Below, in pieces: positions 35,890-50,760 of a stretch of DNA of 64,000 bases. The notes beneath the pieces were generated by a model that saw only the letters and a program-made list of their open reading frames with translations, was not told the origin of the DNA and did not search any database. Location of the stretch: NCBI GenBank assembly GCA_001662655.1, contig KV460250.1; one strand, written 5' to 3'. Each line of letters starts with the position of its first letter. Within the stretch, counting starts at the first letter, position 1. The DNA is from Pseudogymnoascus verrucosus (lineage: Eukaryota). The translations under genes and the position numbers were made by a program.

Positions 35890-36500
35890 GTACTCTTATA
35901 CAAAACTAAGCTAGGGGCGGGATAAGGGGTCTTAAATACCGCTTCTTAAATACCACTTGACAAGTGAGACATCATTTCCCCTTTGTTAAGAGCCATTAGG
36001 AACCCTAAAAGCTAGGAAAACATGTCGCTGATTTAAAGTTATAGGACTTTAGCGCTCTCTGATTTAGGTTATGATTTAAGTGCTAATGAACTTATCCTAA
36101 ACCAAATATAATCGCGCTTATTATATTTAGACGCCGGTTTAAGTCAAATCGCCGCCCGCCCTCATATAAAGGCCCAGTCCATTCTTCCTCCGTTTTCTCA
36201 CCAGCTCGCTAGAACTTAAGTGTTAATGGTGGTCGCGCCTCCCTTCTTCCCTTAACATACATCTGACAAGGCTCCTCGCCTTCTATACACAACCTCTAGC
36301 TCGCCTGGTAGTCGAGAAACTAGCTGAGCAAACAGGCGGTTTTAGTGGTATGCAATTAGTGCGAGCCGAGACTGTGGTGGGAGACTTCGACTTATGAGTG
36401 TGCTAGATGTTGAGCAGATGTTAAAAAATTAAAGGATAAGGGTATTAGATCTGAAGCAGGGGCTTTTCGGCGATTGATGTCTGGCTAGACTTTAACTTTA
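35890..36500. repeat. Possible degenerate (RIP-like) repeat remnant
   Basis: ORF-less stretch that looks TpA-rich by eye, with the short duplication CTTAAATACC(G/A)CTT; no family recognised. Confidence 0.25.
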
Positions 36501-36683
36501 GTGCTTGAAACAAAACTTTGAAAGGCAAGGCTATACCTATGGAAAATACATGTGCTGGATCGCCGAATTTTTTTTTTGATTTAGTAGGCGTATTCTTGTA
36601 AGAGCGTTTTCTAACGCTTCAAAAGCCAAGTACAACTGAAAGCCAAAATCTGAACACACGGTATGGACAGACACAAATCTACA

Positions 36684-39600
36684 TTACTTCTTCTTTAACA
36701 TCCCCTGCAATTCTGCTGACTCACCACTGTGGTATACCAGATCGTGAAATTGCCCTCCAGCATCATACAAATCGTGAGGCGAGCCGCATCTGAAGAAAAA
36801 CGAGTTAGTATGTACTGCAGTTGCTTAATGTTGGCATGAAAGGTAAGTGGCACAGAACAAGGCAGACTTACTCAATTACTCTACCTGAATCCATAACCAC
36901 AATGGTATCGTAATCTAAGATCGTCCTCAGCCGGTGTGCAACGGTCACTAGCGTGGTATCCCCCGTCATGTCAAGCTCCCGACGAAGAACCTTTTGGGCG
37001 CCCTGATCTGCCTGATAGTCCATGCTTGCCGTAGCCTCGTCTAGCAGCATAAGCTTGCTCTTTCTGATTAATGCACGGCAGAGTGATAATACCTGACGCT
37101 GGGCATGCGAGAAATTCTCTCCGCGAGCGTCCACCTCCGTTGATGGAAAAATGCCTTGGCTAGGTTCGTGGCTGATCTCTTGGTCGGATGATCTATTGCC
37201 TGATAGGGAAGCAATATCTTTGCAGCTGTTGAAAACCCTCGAAATATTGTCTCCAGGAACGAAGCCTGTTGGATCAAGATTTGATCGTACTGATCCGCTG
37301 AACAGCGTGGGTTCCTGCGGGATGATTGTGATACTCTGGCGTAATCTGCGCCTCGAAGTCTTTGTGATGTCAATTCCGTCGTAGAGAATTTGACCAGAAA
37401 CAACATTAGTGAATCGGAGTAGTGACAGGATGAGCTGTTTTGCGGTAAGTCAATAAGCCATCGGGCATCTGAATTTTCGTTCCAAACTTACGGTAGTCTT
37501 GCCTGAGCCAGTTCGCCCAATAATCGCCACCCGCTCACCAGCTTTAAACTTTAGATTTATGTCCGTCAAAATGTTCGGACCATCTTCGTATCGAACAGTT
37601 ACATTACGAAATTCTATCTCGCCGGACCGTGGCCATTCGTTTGGGATCACATCTCTGCTGTGAACCAGGCAATGCCGCTCGTCGAAACTCCCTTCATCTA
37701 CAAAAGGCTCGTCATCCTTGTCTTCCGATTGAACGTCGACATATTCTTTTACCCGATGAAACTGAAACTTATTAGTACAACAGGGCTGCATAGATTGATA
37801 GGATGACTTACACTTTGCATTTCAATGTCAAGATCATTCACGGCTCGCACCAGTGTCATAACGCTTTGACTCAGTCTAACGGAGTTTAGAAGTGAAAAAC
37901 CGACTAGGCCTGCACTAATCACGCCAACTTTTGAAAGGGCAATAATTCCGGTGAGCACAGAAATAAGAGCGGTTACAAGGCTGACTCGCAAGGCCACCCA
38001 TCGATTGGAGTTAAAATTAGCCTCGGCTGCGGCAGTCCACACTCTGAGTTTGGTCGCCAAGTCTTCACCAAAAGCTTCGTGCATGCCGTCTCTAGCTCTA
38101 ATAACATGTAGGCCGGCTAGTGTACTAACGAAGTGCGAGAAGATAGGTGAGTTAGCAGCAGAGGTCAGTCGTCTAAGAATAACAGCTGTTCGCGCATACA
38201 TTTCGCCCACAATAATGCCGATGGCAGATGCACCTAGCACGGGCAGTATCAAAATCGGAAGTAGCGAACTGACAGCTGCAACGCGAAACAACAACGCAAT
38301 AATAGAACCAAGAGTGAATCGAAGCATGGAGCTTAAGGATCTGTCAATCGAGGACATATCGCGAGAGAATCTATTCGTAACTCGGCCAAGAGGCACTGCT
38401 TTAAACCACGATAGAGGTGCGTTCATAACGGAATGAATAAAGGCTTTGTGAATATTGTGGGCAGCGCACCATCCACCCCATTCAAATGTGACAGTCGTAG
38501 CGCCAACGGCCAAAATCCCTAGAAAAGTGAAGAGTGCGTAGATGCTCATGTAATATGCGATATTGATATGAGCCTCGTGCTCATAAGCCTGTACCCAAAT
38601 AGACATCCAGTAGCTCGATAAGAAGAAGGACCCGTTAGGTAATAGCGAGCAAAATAAGCAGGCGGCGATTAAAATTGGATTACCAAAGTTCTTCATGTAT
38701 TGAAAGACTGTCACAGTTGATTAGATTAACGAAGGACAAGGCAAAATTTGGACTAATTCTTACATGCCAGACGACCAACTTTTCCGGACGCTTTCATTTC
38801 TTGATTCACAACTTCTTTGGCAGTGTTATCATCTGCAACCCCTGACGGTTGATTTCGGCTCAATTCGGCATTTGATTCCCACGTAATAGCCTCTTTGGCC
38901 CCAGAGTCTCCAGTCTCGAGATGCTCAGCAATGGTTATCGGCCGACACATGGCTTCAATGTTAGCTTCAACGCTCTTGACTCGACCTTTGTCAAGCTCGA
39001 TGGCTAGATTCGCCTGTGAAATAATCCACGGAACCTGAGTAACCAGAATAGTCGTTCTTTTATCAAGAAGATTGCTACAAAAGCAGTGCTTCCATACCTC
39101 CGCGGATGTCTTTGCATCAAGAGCTGAGAAAATGTCATCTAGGAGCAGAAGTGATGACTGTGAATATAAAGCTCTTGCAAGGGCAACTCGCGCCATTTGA
39201 CCTCCAGACAATGATGTGCCGTTTTCCCCTATAATAGTCATGTCACCACTCGGCATCTTCTTGAAGTCCAAGTCCAAGCAACAAGCTTTAATAACAGGAT
39301 CATAGCGTGTTTTATCTTTAGCAGTATGAAAAAGAATGTTATCGTGAATTGTACCGCTTTGCAGCCATGCAGACTGTGATGCGAACGCGATATCCCTTGG
39401 CGTCACCAAGGATCCGCTTTCCATGTGAGTTTCGCCTAGTATCGATAGCAAAAGGGTCGTTTTCCCACTTCCACTGTGGCCGGTAATGACGTTCAGTTTC
39501 CCTTCAACGAAATCAAGGGATATTTCTTGGAGTTGGCTTGTATTCGTGTTGTTCCGACGAAATGAAGCGTTTTGGATTCTCAAAGGTCCAATGGGATGTC

Positions 39601-41206
39601 GCGCGAGAGGAATAGTGCTCTCAAAATATTTGTCTAATCTTTTAAAGGCAACAATTGCGCCAGTAAATTTTCTCGAGTTTGCACTAACCGACCTTGCGTT
39701 CTTCCGAATATTTTTGACAAGAATAATTGCTGTGAAAGCAGTCGAGGCATCAAGACGGCGCTTCTCCATGCCCACATAGAGTCCAAACATAACCAACAAG
39801 CCGATATAGGGAAATGCTTGAGTGATAAGGTTAATGATAGTTTGCAGGATAGCGACTCTCCATAACCACTTCTGTTCTATGGATCTTGCATCATCAACCT
39901 TGTTCGTCATAGCATCCTCCCATGCTAGAAACTTAATGGCTCGAATAGAGAATATGTACTCTGTAATTAACGATATCCGGGTATCCTGAGCTTGTCTAAC
40001 CCGTTTTTGAAACTTGTACATCAGTCTGCCCAAGAGTATAGACAATGGTGTTGCAAGAAGTATAATTATAATCCCGACAATAGATACCCAGCCCATCATC
40101 TTGTAAAGTCCACCAAGAGAGATGGCCGTTCCAATTGGGACTCCAACAACAGCTATGATAATATCACGGGCTCCATAGATGGCATCTATATCAGCCGCCA
40201 TTAGGTTTGCCAGGCGCCCGGTTGATGATGACTTTTGAGCCACTTTAGGCTGTTTAGTGGTGCCGTTGCTGTTGTTTTTGTCCGTACTGAATATACATTC
40301 CTCCAGCTCCATGGAATCCAAGGCCTTGTGATATAATTCTTGAGTCATAGCTGACTTGACACGGACGATAAATCTGGTAGAGATAAACAAGTATTGCTGG
40401 AACGAGACTGAGCGGGTTATTGGGCCGATAAACAAGAGAACTAGCCAAACCTCAGGGTGATAAGTGGCCGCCATTGGATTTGCAATATGTTTAAGTAGTT
40501 GGAACATTGCAAACGGTGCAACGTTCTCTAAGCAGGAGCTGGCGGCAATCCAAAGCGCCATAAATATGAGCTCTTTCCGTTGAAAGCGCAAGACTGTCCA
40601 GAAGGTCGTCATAGAGATGGCGCGCGCACTTTGTATCTTGCGCAGCAGGTACATTGGCTCGTCGTACCAAGGCAGTGTTGGGATACTATTCACATCCAAT
40701 TTGTGTGTCACGCCCTTCCAGATTAATGGGGTAAACCATCCATAAGTACAGTAGTAGTTGAACCAGCTGCAAGTCTCTTCCGGGGCCGGAGCTCGTTTTG
40801 TTGTATTGGTGCCAATTTCGAGGTCAATGTTAGATGGTACCCATTCCCTTGGAGTAATTGAGGCGACTAAGATCGCAACGGCAAGCGAAGATATGCCTCC
40901 CAGGATTCCAGCGTCTGTTGTGCATTGTGAGGAACCTATTTGAACGCAAGGGAGGATGTGCGCTGTCGCAAGGACAAGTGAGATGGCGGTGGTAACGAAG
41001 TTCAATTGATGTAGAACACTATGGCGCCAATGTACATCATCTGCCAGACGGAACAAACCCAGAATCTGGGCATAGGCTACGACAACGAGAGTAAGAAAGT
41101 GAACCTGACCCTCAGCATAAGCGAAGGCGAGGAGAAGCAGCGCGGCTGCCCGAGTCGTGTACGATAAGAGTTCGTAAATCCATCTTTTGGTGGATAACCT
41201 GGACAT
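36684..41206 (-). CDS. ABCC/MRP-type full-size ABC transporter, multi-exon
   Basis: NBD1 GHSGSGKT, LSGGQ, LLLLDD (ABCC-type Asp for Glu); TMD2 GRVTNRFSRDMSSID; NBD2 GRTGSGKT, FSHAQRQ, LDEATAS, VAHRL. Frame continuous when translated through introns; ends LQGMLKKK-stop. Confidence 0.92.
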
Positions 41207-42358
41207 TGAGTCGAGCGTGATGACGGGAAGTCTGCGCAGGCGACATGACAACCAAGTTGCAGAAGTGATAAGGATGACGCTTTGAAGAAAGCCGGAGCGG
41301 GAGAATTCAGCAACATTAATAATCCACGCAACTTCGGAAGGATTGCTATCGGGGCTAGAAGATGCAGTTTAGCGTCTGTAGTTTGAGAGGGGAGGGGAGG
41401 CACGGTAGAAAAATAATGCTGGCTGGTTTCTGGGCAGGAAGTTTTTAGAACTTCCTGACTGCATTTCTTGACTGCATCAACTCACGTTCTCGAGTATAGT
41501 TGTCGGCTCTGTTGTACCTGGCCCCTGCTGTATAGCGACAGCCAAAGGCTGCCGAATTGGTTAAGAGCGGCATCCATCGCGACGGCAACCGTTCATCCTT
41601 CTAGGTGATATCCCAAATAAAGTAGTGTTGAACTCGTGATGGAGTTGTCGCTGCAAAAATCCGCGCGTCTCCGCGTGGTGCAAAAAGAGCATTTACATAC
41701 TCATCCCTAAAACGGCACACCCTGGCCAGCTGTACTCCGTACCTCAGTGTACGATGCAATTATAATGTCTCAGAAGCACTCGCCAACGCGCTCCTGACAA
41801 CGCTGCCCGACTATGCTGAGGCGTACAAGCTAGTGCATCCAAAAAGGGGCTCAGGCGCTGAAAACTTACCCACATTTGGTCGGCGATTTCCATCCACTCG
41901 GAACCGATGTGCCACACCCCGTAATTACGTTGGATGACACTGGTTCGGGTGGTGAGAAAAGCGAGGTAGTAGTGGCTTGAAGGCCCGTTTTACTCTGCAT
42001 ACAATTCTAAACGCAGGGTACTTAAAAACGTTTCATTACACCATTCTGTACGTTAGACATTTGCTTTGCTTGTCCCTCTACTATCTTGCGTCCGGAGGTA
42101 GTTGCGTGCCAATGTCTTTGGGCGGCAGAAACATATTTGGCCTGATAAAAACTCCAAACCTCAGTAACCCATCCAGATATTTCGGAAGCCCAACTACCTG
42201 AATCATTACGTCAGGTAAGTACGGAAGTCGTCATTGGCAACCCTGAGGCTTCTCTAAGAAATCTAGATCAGCAATCCTAGCTCTTTTCATCCTAATAGAC
42301 GATATCTAAAAACAAATTATACCATTTCTATTCCTCTCATTGCCAGCTCCCCGTTGCC

Positions 42359-44050
<1,692 letters not shown>

Positions 44051-44387
44051 TCTTCTCTGCAATGAAAGTGACAGAGCTGCCAAAACTTGCGCCGCGAATT
44101 GCAAAGGAGATTTCAGTGCTCTTAAATGTGAGACTATATAATGTTCTACATGTAGCTATATAACCCTAGTAAGTGATGAGTGGATCGAACAGGGATACAA
44201 ACCGTCCATCCATGCGTTTGCTTTATAGCTTTTAACTGGATTACATGTAATCTCACTACTAAACAGCCGGGCACTATAATTTTTGGGCAAAGGAAAGGAA
44301 ATATAGAAATAGTACTAATATGAATTAACATTTAGAAAATAAGTACCTTTACATACAAATTAATGGGTAAAGTTACCTTCGACTTAT

Positions 44388-44474
44388 GGTTCGGCCGGCC
44401 CTTTCATAAGCTGAAAAACTCGTGGTTGGCCCGGCCAGCTCATGAGCGAGAATAACTCATGGTTGGGCTGGAAC
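44388..44474. repeat. ~36-bp degenerate tandem repeat (about 2.3 copies), transposon-subterminal-like
   Basis: GGTTCGGCCGGCCCTTTCATAAGCTGAAAAACTCGT / GGTTGGCCCGGCCAGCTCATGAGCGAGAATAACTCAT / GGTTGGGCTGG. Confidence 0.5.
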
Positions 44475-45242
44475 ATATAGAATCCTCAGCGCAGCAACTA
44501 GCCACTACACCGCCGATTGTGCATTGTGCTACTACCACATAGATCAATCCCCGGGGCCCGCCTGCTCATACAAGGTACAAGAAGTATTCATAACTAGCTT
44601 CGTCTGTCTAATCATCAGCGGCGCAACTGATCACATTGGGGTTTGACCCCGGCAATCTTGACCCGCGTCCTGAGCCACTGGAACAATCACTAGTGCCACA
44701 TGTCTAACACTGTCTCTCTTTTCATTTTTTTTTGTGTCTCTCCTTTTAACTATGGAAATGTCGCAGAAAATCTTGCACTAGAGTAGCGCTGAGATACTGC
44801 ATGGAGTGAGACATGCATTGCGCCTCTACTAAGAGCGCCGCCTAGGTCTAGAACGTGTGTTGGATAATGTGCGAGCGCGCTGGCAGCTCAGAACTCCATG
44901 CTATTCTTAGGGCAGGTGATCAACTGAATTAATTTTCATGAGACATACGGCCCCTGTGTACGCGGCTGCCAACGCTTGAACGAATGAAGACAAGATCATA
45001 GCTATTGTAAAGCGTAAGCCCAAGGTCTTACGGGAGTCTAGGGAACCAGGTTAGGAGGCAGGTAGATATCGTGTTCAGTAAAGCACAATAGGTCTACGTA
45101 TATATAGCGGCTCTCTCTTGTTGCAGATAAACCTCTCTATAGAAATTGAAAAAGACTACGTTAGGATATAGGCAATTGCTAGTAACAACACCTTTCGACG
45201 GATCTATTACCAAATTGACGCAAGACGTGAAATTAACACGAG

Positions 45243-45359
45243 AATGTTACGTCGTCTCACCTGCTCACCCTGCTCACCCTGCTCACCCCTCGGCTCACCC
45301 TGCTCACCCTCGCTTCACCCCTTAAGGCGGCAAGGAGCTCAGATTCCACGCTATGCCTA
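45243..45359 (+). repeat. Island-flanking repeat, copy 2, with expanded GCTCACCCT 9-mer array
   Basis: Same orientation as 27815-27913; exact 23-mer at 45337-45359; about six GCTCACCCT-like units at 45255-45320. Confidence 0.85.
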
Positions 45360-45867
45360 TTAGCACGATTGAGACTATTGTCCAGGTGTTACCCAAGCTT
45401 GTGTATGGCAGAGCGGACAGGATGCCCAATTCTCTTGAGTATATGGTCGTATGTAACAGTTAGTATCACATGTTGAGATATAGATAGGTGGACAGCACTG
45501 AATGATTGCTGATATCCATCTTGCATATGCGTTTATTACAGTAGGGACGGGTCTCAGTTGATAATATCTATTCTTCGTGACTTTCATCCCTAATAGCATT
45601 CATTCTATTATGGAGATTCTACCGCTACATTCCCCAAAATGCTCGCTGCAAATATGTTTTTGAACCAAGATAGTAAATTCCAAGACCTCTGTTGTAATTG
45701 GATAATGATCCTGATTGCGAGGCGGTGAAGCGAAGTTCCATTATTCTGCCGCCGGCCCGCAGAAAAAGTTAACCTCAAGTCTACGCCAAAAACCAAAAGC
45801 TCACTATAACGTGAACGCCACTTCTTCTTCAATCGTGTTGCATGGCACCATAGCCGCCGCCAGCACA

Positions 45868-47088
45868 ATGTCAGTCCAACCGACTGAATATCTGCGCTTC
45901 ACGTCACAAAAAGCACTCACCACCCGCCTCGTCCTCTCTACCCTCACTGGTCGCCCAGTTCACATCTCTCAAATCCGCTCCTCATCCGCCGTCTCTCCCG
46001 GCCTTGCCTCCCACGAAATCTCCTTCATCCGTCTCCTTGAAGCCATAACCAACGGCTCTTCGCTCCAGATCTCCTACACGGGTACCACTCTCACCTACAA
46101 CCCTGGCCTCATCACCGGCTCAGTCGCAGGTCTCGGCGCACATGGAGATCTCATCGAGTATGCGCTCCCAGCAACCAACACGCGCGGAGTGAGCTACTTC
46201 CTCCTGCCGCTATGCATGCTGGCACCATTCAGCAAAGCGCCAATTAATGTACGATTTACCGGCCCTGGTGTGATCACCAGCTCGACGGAGGCAGGCGATA
46301 TCAGCGTCGACAGCGTGCGCACTGCGATTCTGCCGCTGTACGAACAATTCGGCATTATGTCAGCAAAACTTGAGTTGCGTGTGCTGCAGCGTTCTTGCGC
46401 GGGCCCAGGAGGCCTTGGTGGCGGCGGTATCGTGGAGTTGCGCTTTGGGTCGCAGGTGCGCCTGCCGAAGACGTTACATCTGAACAGGAATCCTGGGAGG
46501 ATAAAGCGCATTCGTGGTGTGTCGTATTGTACGGGTGTGTCGGCGAGCAATAATGCGAGGATGATACACGCGGCAAGAGGGGTGTTAAATCCGCTGGTCA
46601 GCGATGTGCATATTGCGGCACAGTACGATCAGGCGCCGTTGGTGAGCAGCAATGATAAGGCGGACCCGAAAGGGAAGAAGCGGACGGGCATTGGTTTTGG
46701 ACTGAGCTTGGTGGCAGAGTCGAGTTCGGGGGGTGTTTTGTACAGCGCGGATGTGGCAGCGCCGCCTCAGGGAGGTGTCACGCCTGAAGATATTGGGAAG
46801 CAGGCTGCATTGCAGCTGTTGGAGACTATTGCACAAGGTGGATGTGTTGCCAAGGCAGGCGCGGCAACGATACTGACGTTGATGTCAATGGGATCGGAAG
46901 ATGTTGGGCGCTTACGGATTGGGCGGGATGTTATAGGAACGGAGGATATACTTGGTTTGGGGAGAGATCTCAGGAAGTTCGGAGCAAGTGCTTGGGGCTT
47001 AAGAGATGTGGATGAGGATGAGAGTGGTGATATTCTGGTCAGTGTTAAGGGCGTTGGGATTGGTAATGTCGGCAGGAAAATAGCTTGA
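45868..47088 (+). CDS. RCL1: RNA 3'-terminal phosphate cyclase-like protein Rcl1 (18S rRNA biogenesis)
   Basis: RLVLSTLTGRPVHISQIRS, HEISFIRLLEAITNGS, LAPFSK, IKRIRGVSY, GFGLSLVAES, SVKGVGIGNVGRKIA. Confidence 0.95.
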   Translation: MSVQPTEYLRFTSQKALTTRLVLSTLTGRPVHISQIRSSSAVSPGLASHEISFIRLLEAITNGSSLQISYTGTTLTYNPGLITGSVAGLGAHGDLIEYALPATNTRGVSYFLLPLCMLAPFSKAPINVRFTGPGVITSSTEAGDISVDSVRTAILPLYEQFGIMSAKLELRVLQRSCAGPGGLGGGGIVELRFGSQVRLPKTLHLNRNPGRIKRIRGVSYCTGVSASNNARMIHAARGVLNPLVSDVHIAAQYDQAPLVSSNDKADPKGKKRTGIGFGLSLVAESSSGGVLYSADVAAPPQGGVTPEDIGKQAALQLLETIAQGGCVAKAGAATILTLMSMGSEDVGRLRIGRDVIGTEDILGLGRDLRKFGASAWGLRDVDEDESGDILVSVKGVGIGNVGRKIA

Positions 47089-47307
47089 TACCATAACTGA
47101 ATGAACAATTAACAATAATGTCAAAAACATCTCCGTATAGTTTCGTACAAATGGTGTTCAATCAAGTCGAACGCGTTTCATGGGATGAAGTTGCACATCA
47201 ATATTTCAGTATCCTCTGTTTATACACATAGATCATACAGCCCGCCCTATGCATTTCCAAAACGCCATCTAGTTCTTGCAAGCCATGCAATCAGATCCTC
47301 TCCCATC

Positions 47308-47694
47308 TTAGTTGCCCGTCAGTTCCTCCTGTCTTGCCAATATCCTGGAATGCCTATCCAACTCCTCCATCACGCCCTTGATGCCAAGCTGCTCGGAATC
47401 GAGTTTCATCTCCTTTCCATCCTCTGTCATAATATTAGTACTCGTTTGATTGCAAACGCGCCGTTGCTTTGCGGGTCCCTCGCATAGGAGTGGTTGACGC
47501 TCAGGTGTAGACATACTGAATTTGACCTGAACAAAGCTCTTCTCCCTCGACGTCCTGGGCAGAATCTTGGTATTGATCTTCATAGTTGCGCGCGCATTTC
47601 CGGGCAAGAATGAGAGGAATAGTCGTGCAGTCTTCGCTCTTGGAGAGAACGGGTTGAACGCCGTCGAAATCTCCGTGAGGTATCTGGTGATCAT
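47308..47694 (-). CDS. MRPL44: Mitochondrial ribosomal protein mL53 (MrpL44); intron 47516-47424
   Basis: MITRYLTEISTAFNPFSPRAKTARLFL, VKF|KDGKEMKLD, ELDRHSRILARQEEL. Confidence 0.9.
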   Translation of the reverse strand: MITRYLTEISTAFNPFSPRAKTARLFLSFLPGNARATMKINTKILPRTSREKSFVQVKFSMSTPERQPLLCEGPAKQRRVCNQTSTNIMTEDGKEMKLDSEQLGIKGVMEELDRHSRILARQEELTGN

Positions 47695-48004
47695 CTTCGC
47701 TGAGTCGCACGCGCGACTTGGATAATCCGTCAGTAATAGCACGAGAGCCAGCAGCTAGCCAATTGACGTACCTAAAAATGCGAAGTATCCGGAGTTGATT
47801 AGCTTGGGAGGTTCTGTCGTGGTATACAGTCGGTTCTTGAAGGTCTTCGAAATTTACCCCATGGTCACGGGATATTCCGCTCCGGGGATGCGTCGGTGTC
47901 GTCGGCGCCTCTTGCCAGCTTTATCATAACTAGATTCATTATCCCCGCTTCAATTCCCTACAACTCTTTACAACCAACCTAGTTTCTTACCTACGCGCTG
48001 CAAA

Positions 48005-49298
48005 ATGTCTCTCGAATCTTTACAAAAGCGCCTTACGACCCTCCAAGAAACAACCTCCCACATCCAAACGCTCATAGCTCGACTTGCCTCCTTCAAGTTC
48101 CCACCAGGCGCAATACCTCTTAGCCAAGGGTCTCTAGACACAGTCGCGACCGAGCTAAGCAACGAGATCCACGACACCCTCAAAGAGCAAAACAATGATT
48201 TCGAGCTCCTAGAGCAAGAGATTAAAGACTCCCCCGGCGGCAGAAAAGGAAGCGATGCCGAGACCAACAAACTACGCCTACTCGAACGAGCCACGAGAAC
48301 CCAACAAGAGCTGAAGCAGTCAGTCCTACCCTCTTACCCCAACATGACGAACCATGCTAACAATTCCCAGCGCCCAATCTGCCTTTCGCAAGGCCCAACT
48401 AGCCGCAAAACGCAACCTCGACCTCTCCCGCCGCGCCGAGCGCGAACTCCTCCTACAATCCCTCGCCGCACCCTCCTCCCCCTCCTCCAATCAACCCATT
48501 TCCCGCCGCCGCACTCCCGCCCCAGAGCAGACACAAGATGAGAAGCTCGTCGGTTCCGCAGGGGACGTCACAGCCGCGCTGCGCCAGGTCCACGCCTCGA
48601 TGACGAACGAGCTCTCGCGCAGCCAGTTCGCGCACGATACGCTGAAGGAGAGCGGCGCCGCGCTAGAGCAGCTGGGTGAGAGCTATACGAGCTTGGATAG
48701 TGTGTTGGCGAGCACGAAGGGGCTACTGGGCATGCTGCTTAAGAGCCAGAAGAGCGATACGTGGTACCTCGAGACGGCGTTTTATGTTCTGTTGGCGACG
48801 ATTTCGTGGTTAGTTTTCCGCCGGTTTATTTACGGACCGGCGTGGTGGCTGGTGTATTTGCCGCTAAAGATGTTTTGGAATGCGTGGATGGGAGTGTTTA
48901 CTGTGCTTGGGTTGAGGGGTGCGAGCTCGGCGGTGTCGGTTTCGAGTCAGAGTGTGGGAACGACGATTATGCCGGCGAGTGGGACAGTGGCGCAGGCTAC
49001 GATGAGTGGGACGGATGCGCCGCGGGTGGTTAGAGGGGGGAGGGGGAACGCGAAGCCTCCGAAGCCCCCACAGGAGGATGATCAAGGCAGGCCGCTTGTA
49101 GATATTGTTGGGGAGATGGCGGAGGACACGAGGGCACAAAGAGAGGAGCAGCCACAGGAACCGGCGCAGCCAGAGAGCAATGAGGGCCAAGCACAAGAGG
49201 AGCAGGTGCAACCAAACCCGAAGAAACGGATGTGGGATTCGGAGGTGGAGGCGAGGAAGGAAGCGGAAGCAGAGCAGAAGAGGAAGGATGAATTGTAG
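48005..49298 (+). CDS. SEC20: ER SNARE Sec20, 2 exons
   Basis: Coiled-coil N-terminus; SNARE motif DVTAALRQVHASMTNELSRSQFAHDTLKES...SQKSDTWYLETAFYVLLATISWLVFRR (TM). Confidence 0.88.
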
Positions 49299-49419
49299 TC
49301 TCTTGGTAGTCTAGAATCAACAAAGCCCATATGCACCTAGAACCATGTACAAACCCATTCTATGATTTTGTGATGGCGTCGTCCCTATTTCGTAATTTCA
49401 TAAGCCGTCCTATCTACAT

Positions 49420-50760
49420 CTATACCTTCTTTCCCTGCTGCAACATGTCCGATACCTTCGGCGGCAACACCATCGCGCTGCGGTCATTCCGCTTGTAGAA
49501 ATCCACGATGCTCTGTGCCGTCTTCTCCGGCTGGTCCTCGTGCAGAAAGTGGCCCGCATCTGGGAATATCTGGAGGGCATATTTGCCCTGCATTTGTCCA
49601 ATCATCATCTCCTTGTCTAACCTCTCTGTTCCCGCAAGAATGAGTAGTTTGCCGCCCCTTGATGAGAGGAAGCGGTCAGAAAGCCCAACAAACCAGCCGT
49701 TCCAGAACGGTTCTGTGCTGGCGAGATCAGAACGCCAGTTGTATATTTGTCTAGCGGCCGTAGAGTTCGCGTCATCTTTTGGTTTGTTGTACAGAAGCGT
49801 GAGTAGCGGAGGTACGGAAACCCTAGCGCTTTCGACATTTTTTAAACTGCCGGTTCTAACGTGCCACGCGATACCTGCCTCCAGGCTTGGAAATGTCGCA
49901 GGCCGGCTTTTGAGGTAGCCGGCCATGCTGGCTAGTGATTCAATTGCCGTGCGCTCGACGATATCTAAAACAGCATAGCAGAGCAGGGAAGGCCCGAGGG
50001 TGCCTCTAGCAGCCACTGATGTGACGACGCTGCCGCCTAGGGAGTGACCGATGAGAATTATGGGTGGCATGGTGGGCCAATTCATGGCCTCTTTCGTTTT
50101 TTGTATAACAGTGACGAGATCATCCGTCAGTGTATCCAAGCTAACATCGAGTATCCCATCCATCGGATCACTCTCATTAAGCGTCTCAATAGTGGTTGAG
50201 CCATGGCCTCTAGCATCCAGGCTCAGAATGCCAGCATTTGGGAGGAGAGCCCGGATGGACTTTGCGAGCGTCGCAAACGTAAGCCCGCTCGAGCCTGCAC
50301 CATGGTGAGTGACAAATAGAGGCCCAGGTTTGGTGGGAGAGGACAGTGGCGAGGTAAGATAAACTTGATGTGTTACTTTGAGGTTGGAGTCTATGTGTGA
50401 TATCTTGAGGTCTCGCTCAAAGTATGACGTCCAGGGTAGAGGGGCAAAGTGAGCTGGCGACCTATTTGGTGATCTGTCTACGGTTAGCTACTGTTTATTG
50501 CTTGTAGGAGGAAAAATCATATATCACCCCATTGGACGTGCAAACAGCCTACCGCTACTCGTCGGTCTTATAGTGCCAGTGGAAGACGCTGAAGAAGCAG
50601 AGGACGCAGACGAAGAGTCATCATCTGACCGCTCTGTTGAAAGCTCGGGAAACGCATCTCGTTCTTCTCCCTGTTCGTCTAGGTCGACGAGTGGCTCCGG
50701 GAGAACGGGCGGGAGTCCTGCTAATTTCGCCTTTGCGAAGGCCCGTTGTAGTTCGCTCAT
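49420..50760 (-). CDS. PPE1: Protein phosphatase (PP2A) methylesterase 1, 2 exons
   Basis: MSELQRAFAKAKL start, HGAGSSGLTF, LDARGHG, GHSLGG, LAGTERLDKEMMIGQMQGKY, GHFLHEDQP. Confidence 0.93.

Noticed and set aside
44465..44516. tRNA-like A box GGTGTAGTGG and weak B box GTTCCAGCC on the minus strand
   Set aside because: No cloverleaf or acceptor stem could be formed; at most a decayed tRNA-derived fragment.
45255..45320. GCTCACCCT array as telomeric repeat or CRISPR-like array
   Set aside because: Unit is not TTAGGG and has no unique spacers; better explained as subterminal repeats of the flanking element.
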